A DNA stretch of 64,000 bases from Macrostomum lignano (taxonomy: Eukaryota): contig NIVC01002398.1 of assembly GCA_002269645.1 (NCBI GenBank), positions 25,872 through 89,871 on the forward strand, in the 5' to 3' direction. Position 1 is the stretch's first letter. The number at the start of each line of letters is the position of its first letter. Shown here one piece after another: positions 36,601-50,200 of this stretch. Position numbers and translations under genes: made by a program. The notes beneath the pieces are model-generated. The model ran no database searches, was not told the origin of the DNA, and was given only the letters and a program-made list of their open reading frames with translations.

Positions 36601-37924
36601 TAATGTGGAATTTCGGGGTTTTTAAAAGGGAAATTCTGAGGTCTCTAATCGGGATTTCCGGGGTTGTTAATAGGGAATTCGGGGTTTCTGAAATGGGAAT
36701 TCCGGGGTTTTCAAGTAGGGAATTCCGGGTTCTTAAATGGTGGATTCCGGGTTTCTCAAATGGGGAATTCCTGGTTTTTAATGGGATTCCTGGGGTTACT
36801 AAAATGGAAAATTCCGGGTTACTCAGATAGGGAATTCCGGGTTTCTCAAAAGAGGAATTCCGGGTTACTCAAATAGGGAATTCCGGGTTTCTTAAATGGG
36901 GAATTCCAAGTTAATCAGATGGGGAATTCCGGGTTTCTCAATGGGGACTTCTGCGGTTCTCAATTGAGGAAATCCGTGTCTTCGAATGGGGTTTTCAAAT
37001 GGAGAATTCCGGGTTTCTCAAATGGGTGATTCCGGGTTACTCAGATGGGGAATTCCGGGTTACTCAGATGGGGGATTCCGGGTTACACAGATGGGGAATT
37101 CCGGGTTACTCAGATGGGGGATTCCGGGTTACTCAGATAGCGAATTCCGGGTTACTCAAATGGGGAATATCGGGTTTCTCAAATGGGAAATTCCAGGTTT
37201 CTCAAATGGGGAATTCCGGGTTGCTCAGACGGGGAATTCTGGGTTACTCAGATGGGAAATTCCGGGTTACTCAGATGAGGAATTCCGGGTTTCTCAAATG
37301 GGGAATTCCGGGTTACGCAAATGGGGAATTCCGGGTTTCTCAAATGGGGAATTCCGGGGTTTTGTAAATAGGGAAATCGTGTTTTTAAACGAGGGGTTTA
37401 ACTACAGAATCGAACGAAAAGAAATCGAAAATCACCTTGGTGTGAACGGTGCCACCGCTTGTAGCGGCCTCATCAGCGGAGACAAACTTAATAAAACTCA
37501 AGCCGTACTGCAGAGACTTACTAAATGGCTGACTGCAAACTACTCTAATCTTATCCCATTTTTCATTGCAAGCCGGCTTGTGCAGCTGGTCAGATTGGAA
37601 AGTTCGCACTCGATTCAAATCGGAGCCCTTCTTAGCATCAGCCGGGCTCATGAGAGACGAAGCTGCCAGAAGCACCTGCCAGGTGTCCGTGGGATCCGCA
37701 TCCCGGCTAACTAGCACTTCAACAAGCGCGGAGCCTTCATTACCAACATCAATCTGTACAATTTTAACGGGCGATTTCAATTGGAAACATACAATTGCTT
37801 TCGGTTCGCCAGGCTTGGCGCATTTCCATTTGTGCGAGCCGCTGCTCTTCAACAGGTTGCTGGCAGGGTAAGCTGGGTCCTCTGATGAATAGCTGGACAC
37901 CTTATTGAGATCCACCGTGTGCAT
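30602..37924 (-). CDS. XRCC1: DNA repair scaffold XRCC1, ~827 aa; exons 37924-37436, 35966-35418, 32047-30602
   Basis: N-terminal domain (SSEDPAYPASNLLK...IDVGNEGSALVEVLV...LLAASSLMSP...SQPFSKSLQYGLSFIKF), BRCT1 (LKGVVFAMSGYQNPRRGQLRDKATKMGAKYRPDWGPGCTHLVCAFANTPKFNQ) and C-terminal BRCT2 (ELPDFFKGSHFFIYG...FVKPDWL). Two phase-0 GT-AG introns. Confidence 0.95.
32066..35360. repeat. 23-bp minisatellite (~140 copies) filling XRCC1 intron 2
   Basis: Unit gtggatgggcgattctctttggt with variants ttcggt/ttcagg/ttcggg/ttgct. It starts ~20 nt from the acceptor. Confidence 0.98.
35982..37380. repeat. Two adjoining related minisatellites filling XRCC1 intron 1
   Basis: 35982-~36480 has a 22-bp unit aaaatggggattctgtgttctc; ~36480-37380 has a ~23-bp unit aaatggggaattccgggtttctc. 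Confidence 0.93.
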
Positions 37925-38039
37925 GACTGATTTGGATTGGCAGAAATGCATAAGGAGATATGGATTCTTGACACTGGCTTATTGGGTGTGTTTCTTAGAT
38001 AGCATAACTCTCAGTTGCTTGATTGAAGGTATTTTTAAA

Positions 38040-38170
38040 GGCACTTAAAGCGACATTGTCACACAACCGGCGAGAGGCATTGCTGCCCATTCCGCCGACT
38101 CCCCTGAGCAGGCACACACTCATACAGGAGTGTACAGCGGCCCTAAACTTATTTATCCTTGGGGGTTGAC
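38040..38170 (-). mobile_element. Truncated SINE family 1 copy upstream of XRCC1
   Basis: gcacttaaagcgacattgtcacacaaccggcgagaggc...ccttgggggttg matches 5235-5415 with internal deletions. Confidence 0.8.
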
Positions 38171-38870
38171 TAATATGATGGGGTATTTCTTACTTTTCCT
38201 ATATGATGCGTATTTCTCACTTAACTAATATGAGGGGTATTTCTCACTTGACTAATACGAGGGGTATTTCTCACTTACCTAATATGAGGGGTATTTCTCA
38301 CTTGACTAATACGAGGGGTATTTCTCACTTACCTAATATGAGGGGTATTTCTCACTTGACTAATATGAGGGGTATTTCTCAGTTGACTACTATGAGGGGT
38401 ATTTCTCACTTGACTAATATGAGGCGCATTTCTCACTTGACTAATATAAGGAGCATTTCTCGGTTAATTAAAATGAGGGGCGTATTTCTCACTTTCCCTA
38501 TATTTGGGGCATTTCTCAGTTGACTAAAATGAGGGGCATTTCTCAGTTGACTAATATGAGGGGTATTTCTCAGTTGACTAATATGAGGGGCATTTCTCAG
38601 TTGACTAATATGAGGGGCATTTCTCAGTTGACTAATATGAGGGGCATTTCTCAGTTGACTAATATGAGGGGGGTATTTCTTACTTGACTAGTATGAGGGG
38701 GTATTTCTCACTTGACTAATATGAGGGGTATTTCTCACTTGCGAAATGGATGGGGTATTTCTCATTTCACTAATACGAGGGGTATTTTTCACTTGACTAA
38801 TATGAGAGATATGGTATTTCTTGCTTGACTAATATTTAGGGTATTTTTCACTTGTCCTAAGAGGAGTATT
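38165..38870. repeat. 27-bp minisatellite
   Basis: Unit ttgactaatatgaggggtatttctcac. Confidence 0.93.
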
Positions 38871-39120
38871 TCTCATGAACATAATTTAAAGGATTCACGA
38901 ATACCACTAAATGGTGGTACTACTTTAACTTGGTATATATCAAAGTCTTAACTCTTAACCATAAATATGTAGTATTTGAACATTGGGTTTTGGCGTAAAT
39001 TGTTACATAGTCTGATATACATAAAAAATTACAAAATTATCATTCAGAACTTTACTTTAACAGAAGGCACAGGGAAAAAAGTAAAAAAAAGCATGTTAAA
39101 AATGCTTAGTGTTTTCTACG

Positions 39121-39390
39121 TCACTGGTGTTTCGATAGCTCCAGTTTAACCTGCTCAATATCTGCATCTTCTGATAGCCACAGTTGCACTTCAGGAAACC
39201 ATTTAAACAATTTTTCACCTTCCACGGGCAAAGTTTTCACTTCCTGATTTCTGAGGAAAAGATTTTGTAAATTGGAGGCGGAGTTAGTAACTCTAGTAGC
39301 GTTTTGGGTATTTTCTGGTTGCTGAGGCTCAGTTATCGGCGCCTCTTCTGTTCTGTCACTGCTGTTGGCCATCATGAAAATTGTCGTCAT
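39121..39390 (-). CDS. Possible small 89-aa ORF/exon of unknown function
   Basis: Open frame in non-repetitive sequence, preceded by an acceptor-like tatacctgatag 10 nt upstream. No recognisable domain. Confidence 0.2.
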   Translation of the reverse strand: MTTIFMMANSSDRTEEAPITEPQQPENTQNATRVTNSASNLQNLFLRNQEVKTLPVEGEKLFKWFPEVQLWLSEDADIEQVKLELSKHQ

Positions 39391-39535
39391 TTTAGTTACT
39401 CTATCAGGTATAAAGCAACATTAAAAAATATAAGATACTCGTAGTATAAAGCCCAAGGAACAGAGTGTACATGCTGGACGCTTAAAAAGTCTGGGCCGAT
39501 GTACACTCAGTACACCCAGACAGCAATGTGCATGT

Positions 39536-42180
39536 CGGGTTTGGGAAGATTCGGTTCTGGGAAGATTCGGGTTTGGGAAGATTCGGTTCTGGGAAGATTC
39601 GGGTTTGGGAAGATTCGGTTCTGGGAAGTTTCGGGTTTGGGAAGATTCGGTTCTGGGAAGTTTCGGGTTTGGGAAGATTCGGTTCTGGGAAGTTTCGGGT
39701 TTTGGAAGATTCGGTTCTGGGAAGTTTCGGGTTTTGGAAGATTCGGTTCTGGGAAGTTTCGGGTTTGGGAAGATTCGGTTCTGGAAGATTCGGGTTTTGG
39801 AAGATTCGGTTCTGGGAAGTTTCGGGTTTGGGAAGATTCGGTTCTGGGAAGATTCGGGTTTTGGAAGATTCGGTTCTGGGAAGTTTCGGGTTTTGGAAGA
39901 TTCGGTTCTGGGAAGTTTCGGGTTTGGGAAGATTCGGTTCTGGGAAGATTCGGGTTTTGGAAGATTCGGTTCTGGGAAGTTTCGGGTTTGGGAAGATTCG
40001 GTTCTGGGAAGATTCGGGTTTGGGAAGATTCGGTTCTGGGAAGATTCGGGTTTTGGAAGATTCGGTTCTGGGAAGTTTCGGGTTTTGGAAGATTCGGTTC
40101 TGGGAAGTTTCGGGTTTTGGAAGATTCGGTTCTGGGAAGTTTCGGGTTTGGGAAGATTCGGTTCTGGGAAGATTCGGGTTTTGGAAGATTCGGTTCTGGG
40201 AAGTTTCGGGTTTGGGAAGATTCGGTTCTGGGAAGATTCGGGTTTTGGAAGATTCGGTTCTGGGAAGTTTCGGGTTTTGGAAGAATCGGTTCTGGGAAGT
40301 TTCGGGTTTGGGAAGATTCGGTTCTGGGAAGATTCGGGTTTTGGAAGATTCGGTTCTGGGAAGTTTCGGGTTTGGGAAGATTCGGTTCTGGGAAGATTCG
40401 GGTTTGGGAAGATTCGGTTCTGGGAAGATTCGGGTTTTGGAAGATTCGGTTCTGGGAAGTTTCGGGTTTGGGAAGATTCGGTTCTGGGAAGATTCGGGTT
40501 TTGGAAGATTCGGTTCTGGGAAGTTTCGGGTTTTGGAAGATTCGGTTCTGGGAAGTTTCGGGTTTGGGAAGATTCGGTTCTGGGAAGATTCGGGTTTTGG
40601 AAGATTCGGTTCTGGGAAGTTTCGGGTTTGGGAAGATTCGGTTCTGGGAAGATTCGGGTTTTGGAAGATTCGGTTCTGGGAAGTTTCGGGTTTGGGAAGA
40701 TTCGGTTCTGGGAAGATTCGGGTTTTGGAAGATTCGGTTCTGGGAAGTTTCGGGTTTGGGAAGATTCGGTTCTGGGAAGTTTCGGGTTTGGGAAGATTCG
40801 GTTCTGGTAAGTTTCGGGTTTGGGAAGATTCGGTTCTGGGAAGTTTCGGGTTTTGGAAGATTCGGTTCTGGGAAGTTTCGGGTTTGGGAAGTTTCGGGTT
40901 TGGGAAGTTTCGGTTTTGGGAAGATTCGGATTTGTGGAAGATACGGATTTGGGGAAGATTCGGGTTTGTGGAAGATTCGGATTTGGGGAAGATTCGGATC
41001 TGTGGAAGATACGGATTTGGGGAAGATTTTGGTTTGTGGAAGATACGGATTTGGGGAAGATTTTGGTTTGTGGAAGATATGGATTTGGGGAAGATTTTGG
41101 TTTGTGGAAGATACGGATTTGGGGAAGATTTTGGTTTGTGGAAGATACGGATTTGGGGAAGATTTTGGTTTGTGGAAGATATGGATTTGGGGAAGATTTT
41201 GGTTTGTGGAAGATACGGATTTGGAGAAGATTTTGGTTTGTGGAAGAGTTTGTGGAAGATACGGATTTGGAGAAGATTTTGGTTTGTGGAAGATACGGAT
41301 TTGGAGAAGATTTTGGTTTGTGGAAGATATGGATTTGGGGAAGATTTTGGTTTGTGGAAGAGTTTGTGGAAGATATGGATTTGGGGAAGATTTTGGTTTG
41401 TGGAAGATACGGATTTGGGGAAGATTTTGGTTTGTGGAAGATATGGATTTGGGGAAGATTTTGGTTTGTGGAAGATACGGATTTGGAGAAGATTTTGGTT
41501 TGTGGAAGAGTTTGTGGAAGATACGGATTTGGAGAAGATTTTGGTTTGTGGAAGATACGGATTTGGAGAAGATTTTGGTTTGTGGAAGATATGGATTTGG
41601 GGAAGATTTTGGTTTGTGGAAGATACGGATTTGGAGAAGATTTTGGTTTGTGGAAGATATGGATTTGGGGAAGATTTTGGTTTGTGGAAGAGTTTGTGGA
41701 AGATATGGATTTGGGGAAGATTTTGGTTTGTGGAAGATACGGATTTGGGGAAGATTTTGGTTTGTGGAAGATATGGATTTGGGGAAGATTTTGGTTTGTG
41801 GAAGATACGGATTTGGAGAAGATTTTGGTTTGTGGAAGAGTTTGTGGAAGATACGGATTTGGGGAAGATTTTGGTTTGTGGAAGAGTTTGTGGAAGATAC
41901 GGATTTGGAGAAGATTTTGGTTTGTGGAAGAGTTTGTGGAAGATACGGATTTGGAGAAGATTTTGGTTTGTGGAAGAGTTTGTGGAAGATACGGATTTGG
42001 GGAAGATTTTGGTTTGTGGAAGATACGGATTTGGGGAAGATTTTGGTTTGTGGAAGATATGGATTTGGGGAAGATACGGGTTTGGGAAGATTCGGATTTG
42101 GGGAAGATACGGATTTGGGAAGATTCGAATCTGTGGAAGATACAGATTTGGGGAAGATTCGGGTTTGGGAAGTTTTGGGT
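39536..42180. repeat. 2.65-kb compound minisatellite of 16-18-bp GGAAGA-core subunits in two homogenised domains
   Basis: The left part alternates gggaagattcggttct / gggaagtttcgggttt(t). From ~41000 it alternates ggaagatacggatttg / gggaagattttggtttgt, with occasional ggaagagtttgt. Confidence 0.97.
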
Positions 42181-42929
42181 TTGTGAATTTTCGGTTTTTG
42201 TAAAGGCTTACTATTCTGCATATGCATAATAACACACTATATAAGTAAGTGGCAGTTAGAAATTATAAATAAATTGAGTTCAAATACAAAGAAAACTACG
42301 AGCAAACAAAACAGTCTTCTGTTTTATTTTTTCAGAACTAGCAAATCCTTCTGTCAGTCTATCGACCCAAATCACAAAATTATTCAAGAAAAACGCAATT
42401 CTTAGCCAATTATTTCTGTCTTTTATAGCCAATGACACTTTGAAAGCAGTTGATTAAATTTGACAAAATCAGTCTAATAGCCAGGTTAAATATGTACGTA
42501 TTACATTTATTACAGTGTCAAAACGAAGACAACAAAAAGCAAAAAAGACACCAATCACCAATTATTATTAATAACTGCTATATTGTCCTTAATGATTTGC
42601 AATTCATATCAATCAAGCAAAAACATGCACTGCACTTAATGGTTACAGCAAATTAATAATTAGTACCGGTATTAGTATTAGTATTATTACTAAGCAATTC
42701 ATACTTTCTACTAATTACGGTCACGGAAAAAATGAAAGAATTATTTTATTCAAATAAGTCAGTGAAATTCGACATAACATCAGTGAAAGAGAAAGTAATC
42801 AATTTGAATAAATAATTATTGATATCGATAATAAATACTCAAATAATAAAGTAAATAGTTACTCAAAAGGTATCGGGATTGATGTAATATGATATAATTG
42901 ATAAGCAGGAATTGCAGGAAGGCACCCAA

Positions 42930-43240
42930 AACCCAATCTAGGGGCGCCACGATCCAAGCTAGGGGCGCCAAAATCCAAGCTAGGGGCGCCAAAATCCAAT
43001 CTAGGGGCGCCACAATCCAATATAGGGGCGCCAAAATCCAATCTAGGCGCGCCACAATCCAAGCTAGGGGCGCCAAAATCCAATCTAGACGCGCCACAAT
43101 CCAATTTAGGCGTGCCACAATCCAATTTAGGGGCGTAAAAATGAAATCTAGGAGCGCCACAATCAAACCCAGAGGCGCCAAAATCCAATTCAAGGGCGCA
43201 AAAATCAAATCCAGAGGCGCTAAACCACAATTTAGGGACG
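42930..43240. repeat. 21-bp minisatellite
   Basis: Unit aggggcgccaaaatccaagct. Confidence 0.92.
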
Positions 43241-43789
43241 ACAAAAGAGTTTAATAAAATCTTTTAGGGGCTGACATATAATTGAAATTAAACGCATTTA
43301 TCAAATCAATTCCTAGCTAAAATGGTAATTAACAGACTAAATTTTCTCTATAGTTATGTACTTATGCATGCACCTACTGATCAGAAAACAGCACTTGTTT
43401 CTATCGAGTCAAAACAGTGAGAAATAGTGAGTGAAGTCACAAAGAAAAAACATAAAAAACAATTAATGAATTGACTCAAAGCAACGAATATAGAGTGGAT
43501 ACCGCGTACTACAAGAAGCAATAAAATAATAAGCCAATTGAATTAGATAAGATAGAGCACAGAAATATAAATAAAAACGACCTATCTACTTTAAGTAGTT
43601 TATATAATATTTAGGGAAATATTGTTTCAATATTTTCCACCCAATCTGATTGGAATGAATACGAGACACGCGAACAAAGCTTAAACAGAATCCGAGCGCA
43701 CAATAACTTAAATATTAAAATCAGAAAAATAATTATACTAATCGAGCGCATTAAAACATTAATATAAATTAATCGATTACCAAATTTAT

Positions 43790-44295
43790 CAATCAATTGA
43801 TAAACCAAGCGATGGATAAAACAATCGATCGATAAACCAATCAATCAATCAACCGATAAACAAATAAATCAATCGATCGATAAACCAATCAATTAATCGA
43901 TCGATAAACCAATCCATCAATCGATCGAAAAACAAATAAATCAATCGATCGATAATCCAGCAATCAATCGATCAAAAAACAATCAATCAATCGATTGATA
44001 AACCAATCAATCAATCGATCGAAAAACAAATAAATCAATCGATCGATAATCCAGCAATCAATCGATCAAAAAACAATCAATCAATCGATTGATAAACCAG
44101 GCAATCAATCGATCGATAATCCAGCAATCAATCGATCGAAAAACAATCAATCAATCGATCAATAAACCAATCAATCAATCGATCGATAAACCAAGCGATG
44201 GATAAATCAATTAATTGATTAATAAGTAAACCGATTGATCGATAAATCAATAGACAAATCGAAAGATAAATCAATAAATGATAAACCAATCAATC
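43790..44295. repeat. ATCG/ATCA-based degenerate minisatellite abutting the SEC16 stop codon
   Basis: Units such as aatcaatcgatcgataaacc. Confidence 0.9.
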
Positions 44296-47200
44296 AGCAG
44301 TAGATGACGGCACAAAGAAGTTATAATTGGCAGCCGGGCCAGACGAGGAACTGCCCGGATTAAAGAGCTGCGGCATCGGCGGCGGCATCGGAGGCGGCGG
44401 CGGACCTCCAGGAGGTTGCTGCTGTTGCTGCTGCTGCGACGATGACGATTTAACAGCCTGGCTGCTCAGCAGATCGACATATTTGGGCCGGCCAAGAGCG
44501 GCTGGTCCGAGCCGGTGCTGCTGCGGCTGCTGCAACCCCGACTGGCCGACGACAGGGGCTGGCGGAGGCGCCGAGTTCAGCAGACGCTGATCATCGCCCT
44601 CGTTGACATTGACCCACACTTTGTTGACTGGGTCCCACATGATGCTGGGATTGCTATCGTCAGGAAGGTGCACCTCCTTGACGCCCATTTTACGACGCAT
44701 CGAAGCCAGCATGCCGCTCATGACTCGGGGCACGATGCCGCGGCGATTGGCCTCGGATATGGGATTGACCAGGCCTTCTTTTGTTGTCTTTGGCTGACTG
44801 GAAGGCGGCAGTTGCTGCTGCAGCTGCTGCGGCGGCTGCTGTGGCGGAGGAGCCTGACTGGAGCTTCTGCTTGGATTTCTGCTTCTGTTTAATGCGGCAC
44901 CCATCAAAGGTGGAGGCATTGATGGCGGAGGCTGGGGCTGATGATGTTGATGATGATGAGGCGGCGGAGAAGCTGAACTGGCACTGTCGCCGCTTCTTTG
45001 ACGAGGATATTGCTGTTGCTGCTGTGTCGGTGGTGTCACAGAACGACTGGCAGCAGCGGCCTACATATATTAGCGTTGTAGAAGATATATTAAGCTTTAA
45101 CATTAGGAAAAATGTTAATTAAACACAACAATAACAAGTTCTAATTAAATAATTTGAAAAGTGCGCGCAAGTGATAGTTGAAATTAGGTTCTATAAAAAT
45201 AATCTAATCAGAGAAAATGTACAGTTTTCAATGTCAGTTGAAGGTCAAGGACACAGCTGTGGAAGAATGCGAATTCCCTGCACTTGGCCATAGACTATAA
45301 AGTCAATAAAAAACGTAGAAATGAAGTTCTATGGGCCAGAATGCTTGCTTTAAAGTTCTCTAAACACTCTCAGTCACGGAAACACTGTCTTTGGGCAGAA
45401 TAGAACACTGTCTATGAGCAAAACAGCATGTTTGCTCCAATTTATTTGAGTTGCCAGTACCCAGGCCAAGAATCAACTCAAAGTGAGTTGTTTTCAATGA
45501 CTTTTTGGCGACTTTTGCGCTATAGGCCAGTCAGTTCAATAAGCCAAAAAAGATACTTTTCAACTTTTTCTAAAGAGAAAAAAGAATGCCTGTAAAGCAA
45601 TTAATAATTTTACTACTCGTTGAACTAAAAGAATGAAAAGCGTCACGTTAAAAAAGCTTCAAGTGTAAAGTGCAGAAGACAACACAGAAATTGCAGGCAA
45701 AGGATATATAACTATTAAGAAACCTGTTGTTCGCTACGCAGTGCCATTCTGAGCTGCTTCTGCGAAAAAGAATTATCTGGCGACACTTGTATACTGCTGC
45801 TGTGCACGCTGCTGGCTTCCCGGCTGGAACCGCTTCCAGTTCCGGTTCCAACGTAGCTAGGAGTACCAGGAAGCATAACGGAGCTCCGCCTTCTACTGTA
45901 CTGCGAACACTGCGACTGAACATGGTGATTTAGTTACATATGTATTGTTGAACTTGTTACTAATTTAATAAATTAATTTTTGTGCGAATGTCAAGTCGGT
46001 TAGTTGCAAATCTAGGAGCATAAATAGCCTATATATTTGTAATAAAGTACACTTTAAATTATACTTTAATAGGGCCTTCTTTAGATGCCAGATTTAAACC
46101 ATAGACATCTGACTCAATTAAAGCATAGGTTTCAACCATAGACTAATTGACTTATTTAGTACGAGTTTCAACGATAGACTAACTGATTTGTTTAGCATGG
46201 GTTTCAACCATAGACTAACTGACTTATTTAGCATGGGTTTCAACCATAGACTAACTGACTTATTTGGCATGGGTTTCAACCATAGACTAACTGACTTATT
46301 TAGCATGGGTTTCAACCATAGACTAACTGACTTATTTGGCATGGGTTTCAACCATAGACTAACTGACTTATTTAGCATGGGTTTCAACCATAGACTAACT
46401 GACTTATTTGGCATGGGTTTCAACCATAGACTAACTGACTTATTTAGCATGGGTTTCAACCATAGACTAACAGACTTATTTAGCATGGGTTTCAACCATA
46501 GACTAACTGACTTATTTAGCATGGGTTTCAACCATAGACTAATTGACTTATTTAGTACGAGTTTCAACGATAGACTAACTGATTTGTTTAGCATTGGTTT
46601 CAACCATAGACTAATTGACTTATTTAGTACGAGTTTCAACGATAGACTAACTGATTTGTTTAGCATGGGTTTCAACCATAGACTAGCTGACTTATTTGGC
46701 ATGGGTTTCAACCATAGACTAACTGACTTATTTGGCATGGGTTTCAACCATAGACTAACTGACTTATTTAGCATGGGTTTCAACCATAGACTAACTGACT
46801 TATTTGGCATGGGTTTCAACCATAGACTAACTGACTTATTTAGCATGGTTTCAACCATAGACTAACTGACTTATTTAGTACGAGTTTCAACCATAGACTA
46901 ACTGACTTATTTAGCATGGGCTTCAACCATAGACTAACTGACTTATTTGGCATGGGTTTCAACCATAGACTAACTGACTTATTTAGCATGGGTTTCAACC
47001 ATAGACTAACTGACTTATTTAGCATGGGTTTCAACCATAGACTAACTGACTTATTTAGCATGGGTTTCAACCATAGACTAACTGACTTATTTGGCATGGG
47101 TTTCAACCATAGACTAACAGACTTATTTAGCATGGGTTTCAACCATAGACTAACTGACTTATTTAGCACGGGTTTTAACCATAAACTAATTAACTTTTTA

Positions 47201-50200
47201 ACATCATTTCAACAATACACTAACTTATTTAGAAAAGCATAGGTTTCAACCATAGACTGACTTTTTAGCATTGGTTTAAACCATAGATTAATCGTACTTT
47301 TAAGCATGGGTTTGCACCACAGACTAACGGTATTATGTCTTCAGAGGTTTTAACTTCTATTTTAGTATCAATGTGCATGTGTTAAGTGCTCCTGGGATTA
47401 AACCGGGTTAAAATACTATATATGTACGCAAATAAATGATAATGCAGTGAGCTGGGTACGTTACGCGTTACGGAAACAAAAATACAAAACAAACAATTAT
47501 TAAATCAACACGAAAAACTTTAATTGCTAACAAAATGCCCATATGCCGCTACAGCAATAACACCAAAAACAATCGTATTAGTAGTATTGATATCATATTA
47601 AAATCTGAAACTACAAGCGTGTTATTATAATGAGAATTAATTCAGATTAACCGTTGCGGTATTGTTAAACTACAATCAACTAAGCAAGTATTAAACAGTG
47701 AATTACTTTGATACTACGGCAACTATGCCACAACCATTCATTTTTCCTACCCTTAGGGCACCCGGTTGCAGGCTCAAAGAGGCTGACGGGCTCAAGCCGC
47801 CAGCGCTGCTGCCAAGAGCCGATGAGGCAGCGTCGCCGTGTGAAGATGAGGCGCTGGATAGAGTTCGCCTGCGCTGATAGTCTGGGATCTGGCGAGTTCG
47901 GGTGCACACGTGTGTTCCGTGTGGTGTATTGAGGTTTTTCTTATATGCAGGCAGTTGCGTATAATCTTCAGCAGCATACAGAACATCAATATAGTTTTTA
48001 AGCATTTTGAGGATATTAGGCTATGGGATTTCGAAGGTTGGCCCAGCAACTGAGGATCTGGGAGGCTGGTGGCCCAGCAACTGAGGATCTGGGAGGCTGG
48101 TGGCCCAGCAACTGAGGATCTGGTAAGGCTGGTGGCCCAGCAACTGAGGATCTGGGAGGCTGGTGACCCAGCAACTGAGGATCTGGGAGGCTGGTGGCCC
48201 AGCAACTGAGGATCTGGGAGGCTGGTGGCCCAGAAACTGAGGATCGGGGAGCTGCTGGCCCAGCAACTGAGGATCTGGGAGGCTGGTGGCCCAGAAACTG
48301 AGGATCTGGGAGGCTGGTGGCCCAGCAACTGAGGATCTGGGAGGCTGGTGGCCCAGCAACTGAAGATCTGGGAGGCTGGTGGCCCAGAAACTGAGGATCG
48401 GGGAGCTGCTGGCCCAGCAACTGAGGATCTGGGAGGCTGGTGGCCCAGCAACTGAGGATCTGGGAGGCTGGTGGCCCAGCAACTGAGGATCTGGGAGGCT
48501 GGTGGCCCAGAAACTGAGGATCTGGGAGGCTGGTGGCCCAGCAACTGAGGATCTGGGAGGCTGGTGGCCCAGCAACTGAGGATGTGGGAGGCTGGTGGCC
48601 CAGAAACTGAGGATCGGGGAGCTGCTGGCCCAGCAACTGAGGATCTGGGAGGCTGGTGGCCCAGCAACTGAGGATCTGAGAAGATGGCCAAGAAACTAGG
48701 GATATGGAAGGGTTAACTCAAAGATCAAATATGAAAAAAGCATCAATATAAAAGACAGAAAGCACAACAAAACAGGGCACATTAACGAGCTAGAAAAGTA
48801 AAATAGAATATAGTTTAGACACACTCACCTGCTGACCGCTGCTCTGCACCGCGCCATAATAATCAAATACGGTGCCACCGCCAGAGCCGGAGGTGCCAGG
48901 AGGACTTGACGGTTGATGCTGTTGCGGAGGTGGCGGCGGAGGCGGCGGAGGCGGCTGGTGGTGCAGACTGGAACCAGCGTTAGAATGCTGAGACACACTC
49001 GATACAGAGTCCTTGCGCATTGTCAGATGCTGCTGCTGCTGTTTATAAGAGTTGACATCGCCAAAGGACAGAGGAGAATCTCTATGCTGCTGCTGCTGTT
49101 GTTGCTGACGCAGAGGTGAATAATTAACAGGTGTTTTAGCAGCCGCGTAGCTAGAAAACGGAGCTGTCGCTACTGATGGATCTACTTCGTCTAGTTGCTG
49201 TTGCTGCTGTTGCCAGTACTGAGACTGGTACACCTGCTGGTCCTGCGACAGTTGGCATGGCAACTGGCCAGCTGTGTAGTACTGCCTAAGCTGACTCAGC
49301 CAATCAGGCTGGTCAAGGGACATCTCGCAAGCCGGGTGGCACTGAAGCCGCTCGGATAGACGGAGAGTCTCGCGGACCAGAGTGTCGGTGGCGAATGCGG
49401 CCTGGTCTGGTGACTGCTGCTGGTTGAGCAGCGATCTGCCGATCACCTGGGATTTGGGGTGGCGGGTTTTCCTTTGATTCATGGGGATTAATGGGGCTTT
49501 GGGGATTATTCTCCACTATTTTGATACATATTGAAGCTCTCTGGATATTTCTCCCCTTTTATGATACTCATTAACGCTTTGGGGATAATTCTCTCCTATT
49601 TTGATACTTATTGACGCTTTGGGGATAATTCTCCCCTATTCTGATACTTATTAACGCTTTGGGGATAATTCTCCCCTATTCTGATACTTATTAACGCTTT
49701 GGGGATAATTCTCCCCTATTCTGATACTTATTGAAGCTTTGGGGATAGTTCCCCCCTATTCTGATACTTATTGAAGCTTTGGGGATAATTCTCCCCTATT
49801 CTGATACTTATTGACGCTTTGGGGATAATTCTCCTCTATTCTGATACTTATTGAAGCTTTGGGGATAATTCTCCCCTATTCTGATACTTATTAACGCTTT
49901 GGAGATAATTCTCCCTTATTCTAATACTTATTGACGCTTTGGGGATAATTCTCCTCTATTCTAATACTTATTGACGCTTTGGGGATAATTCTCCTCTATT
50001 CTGATACTTATTGAAGCTTTGGGGATGATTCTCCCCTATTCTGATACTTATTGAAGCTTTGGGGATAATTCTCCCCTATTCTGATACTTATTGAAGCTTT
50101 GGGGATAATTCTCCCCTATTCTGATACTTATTGAATCTTTGGGGATAATTCTCCCCTATTCTGATACTTATTGAATCTTTGGGGATAATTCTCCCCTATT

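Noticed and set aside
39482-42235. ~900-aa ORFs on both strands
   Set aside because: Artefact of 16-18-bp repeat units lacking stop triplets.
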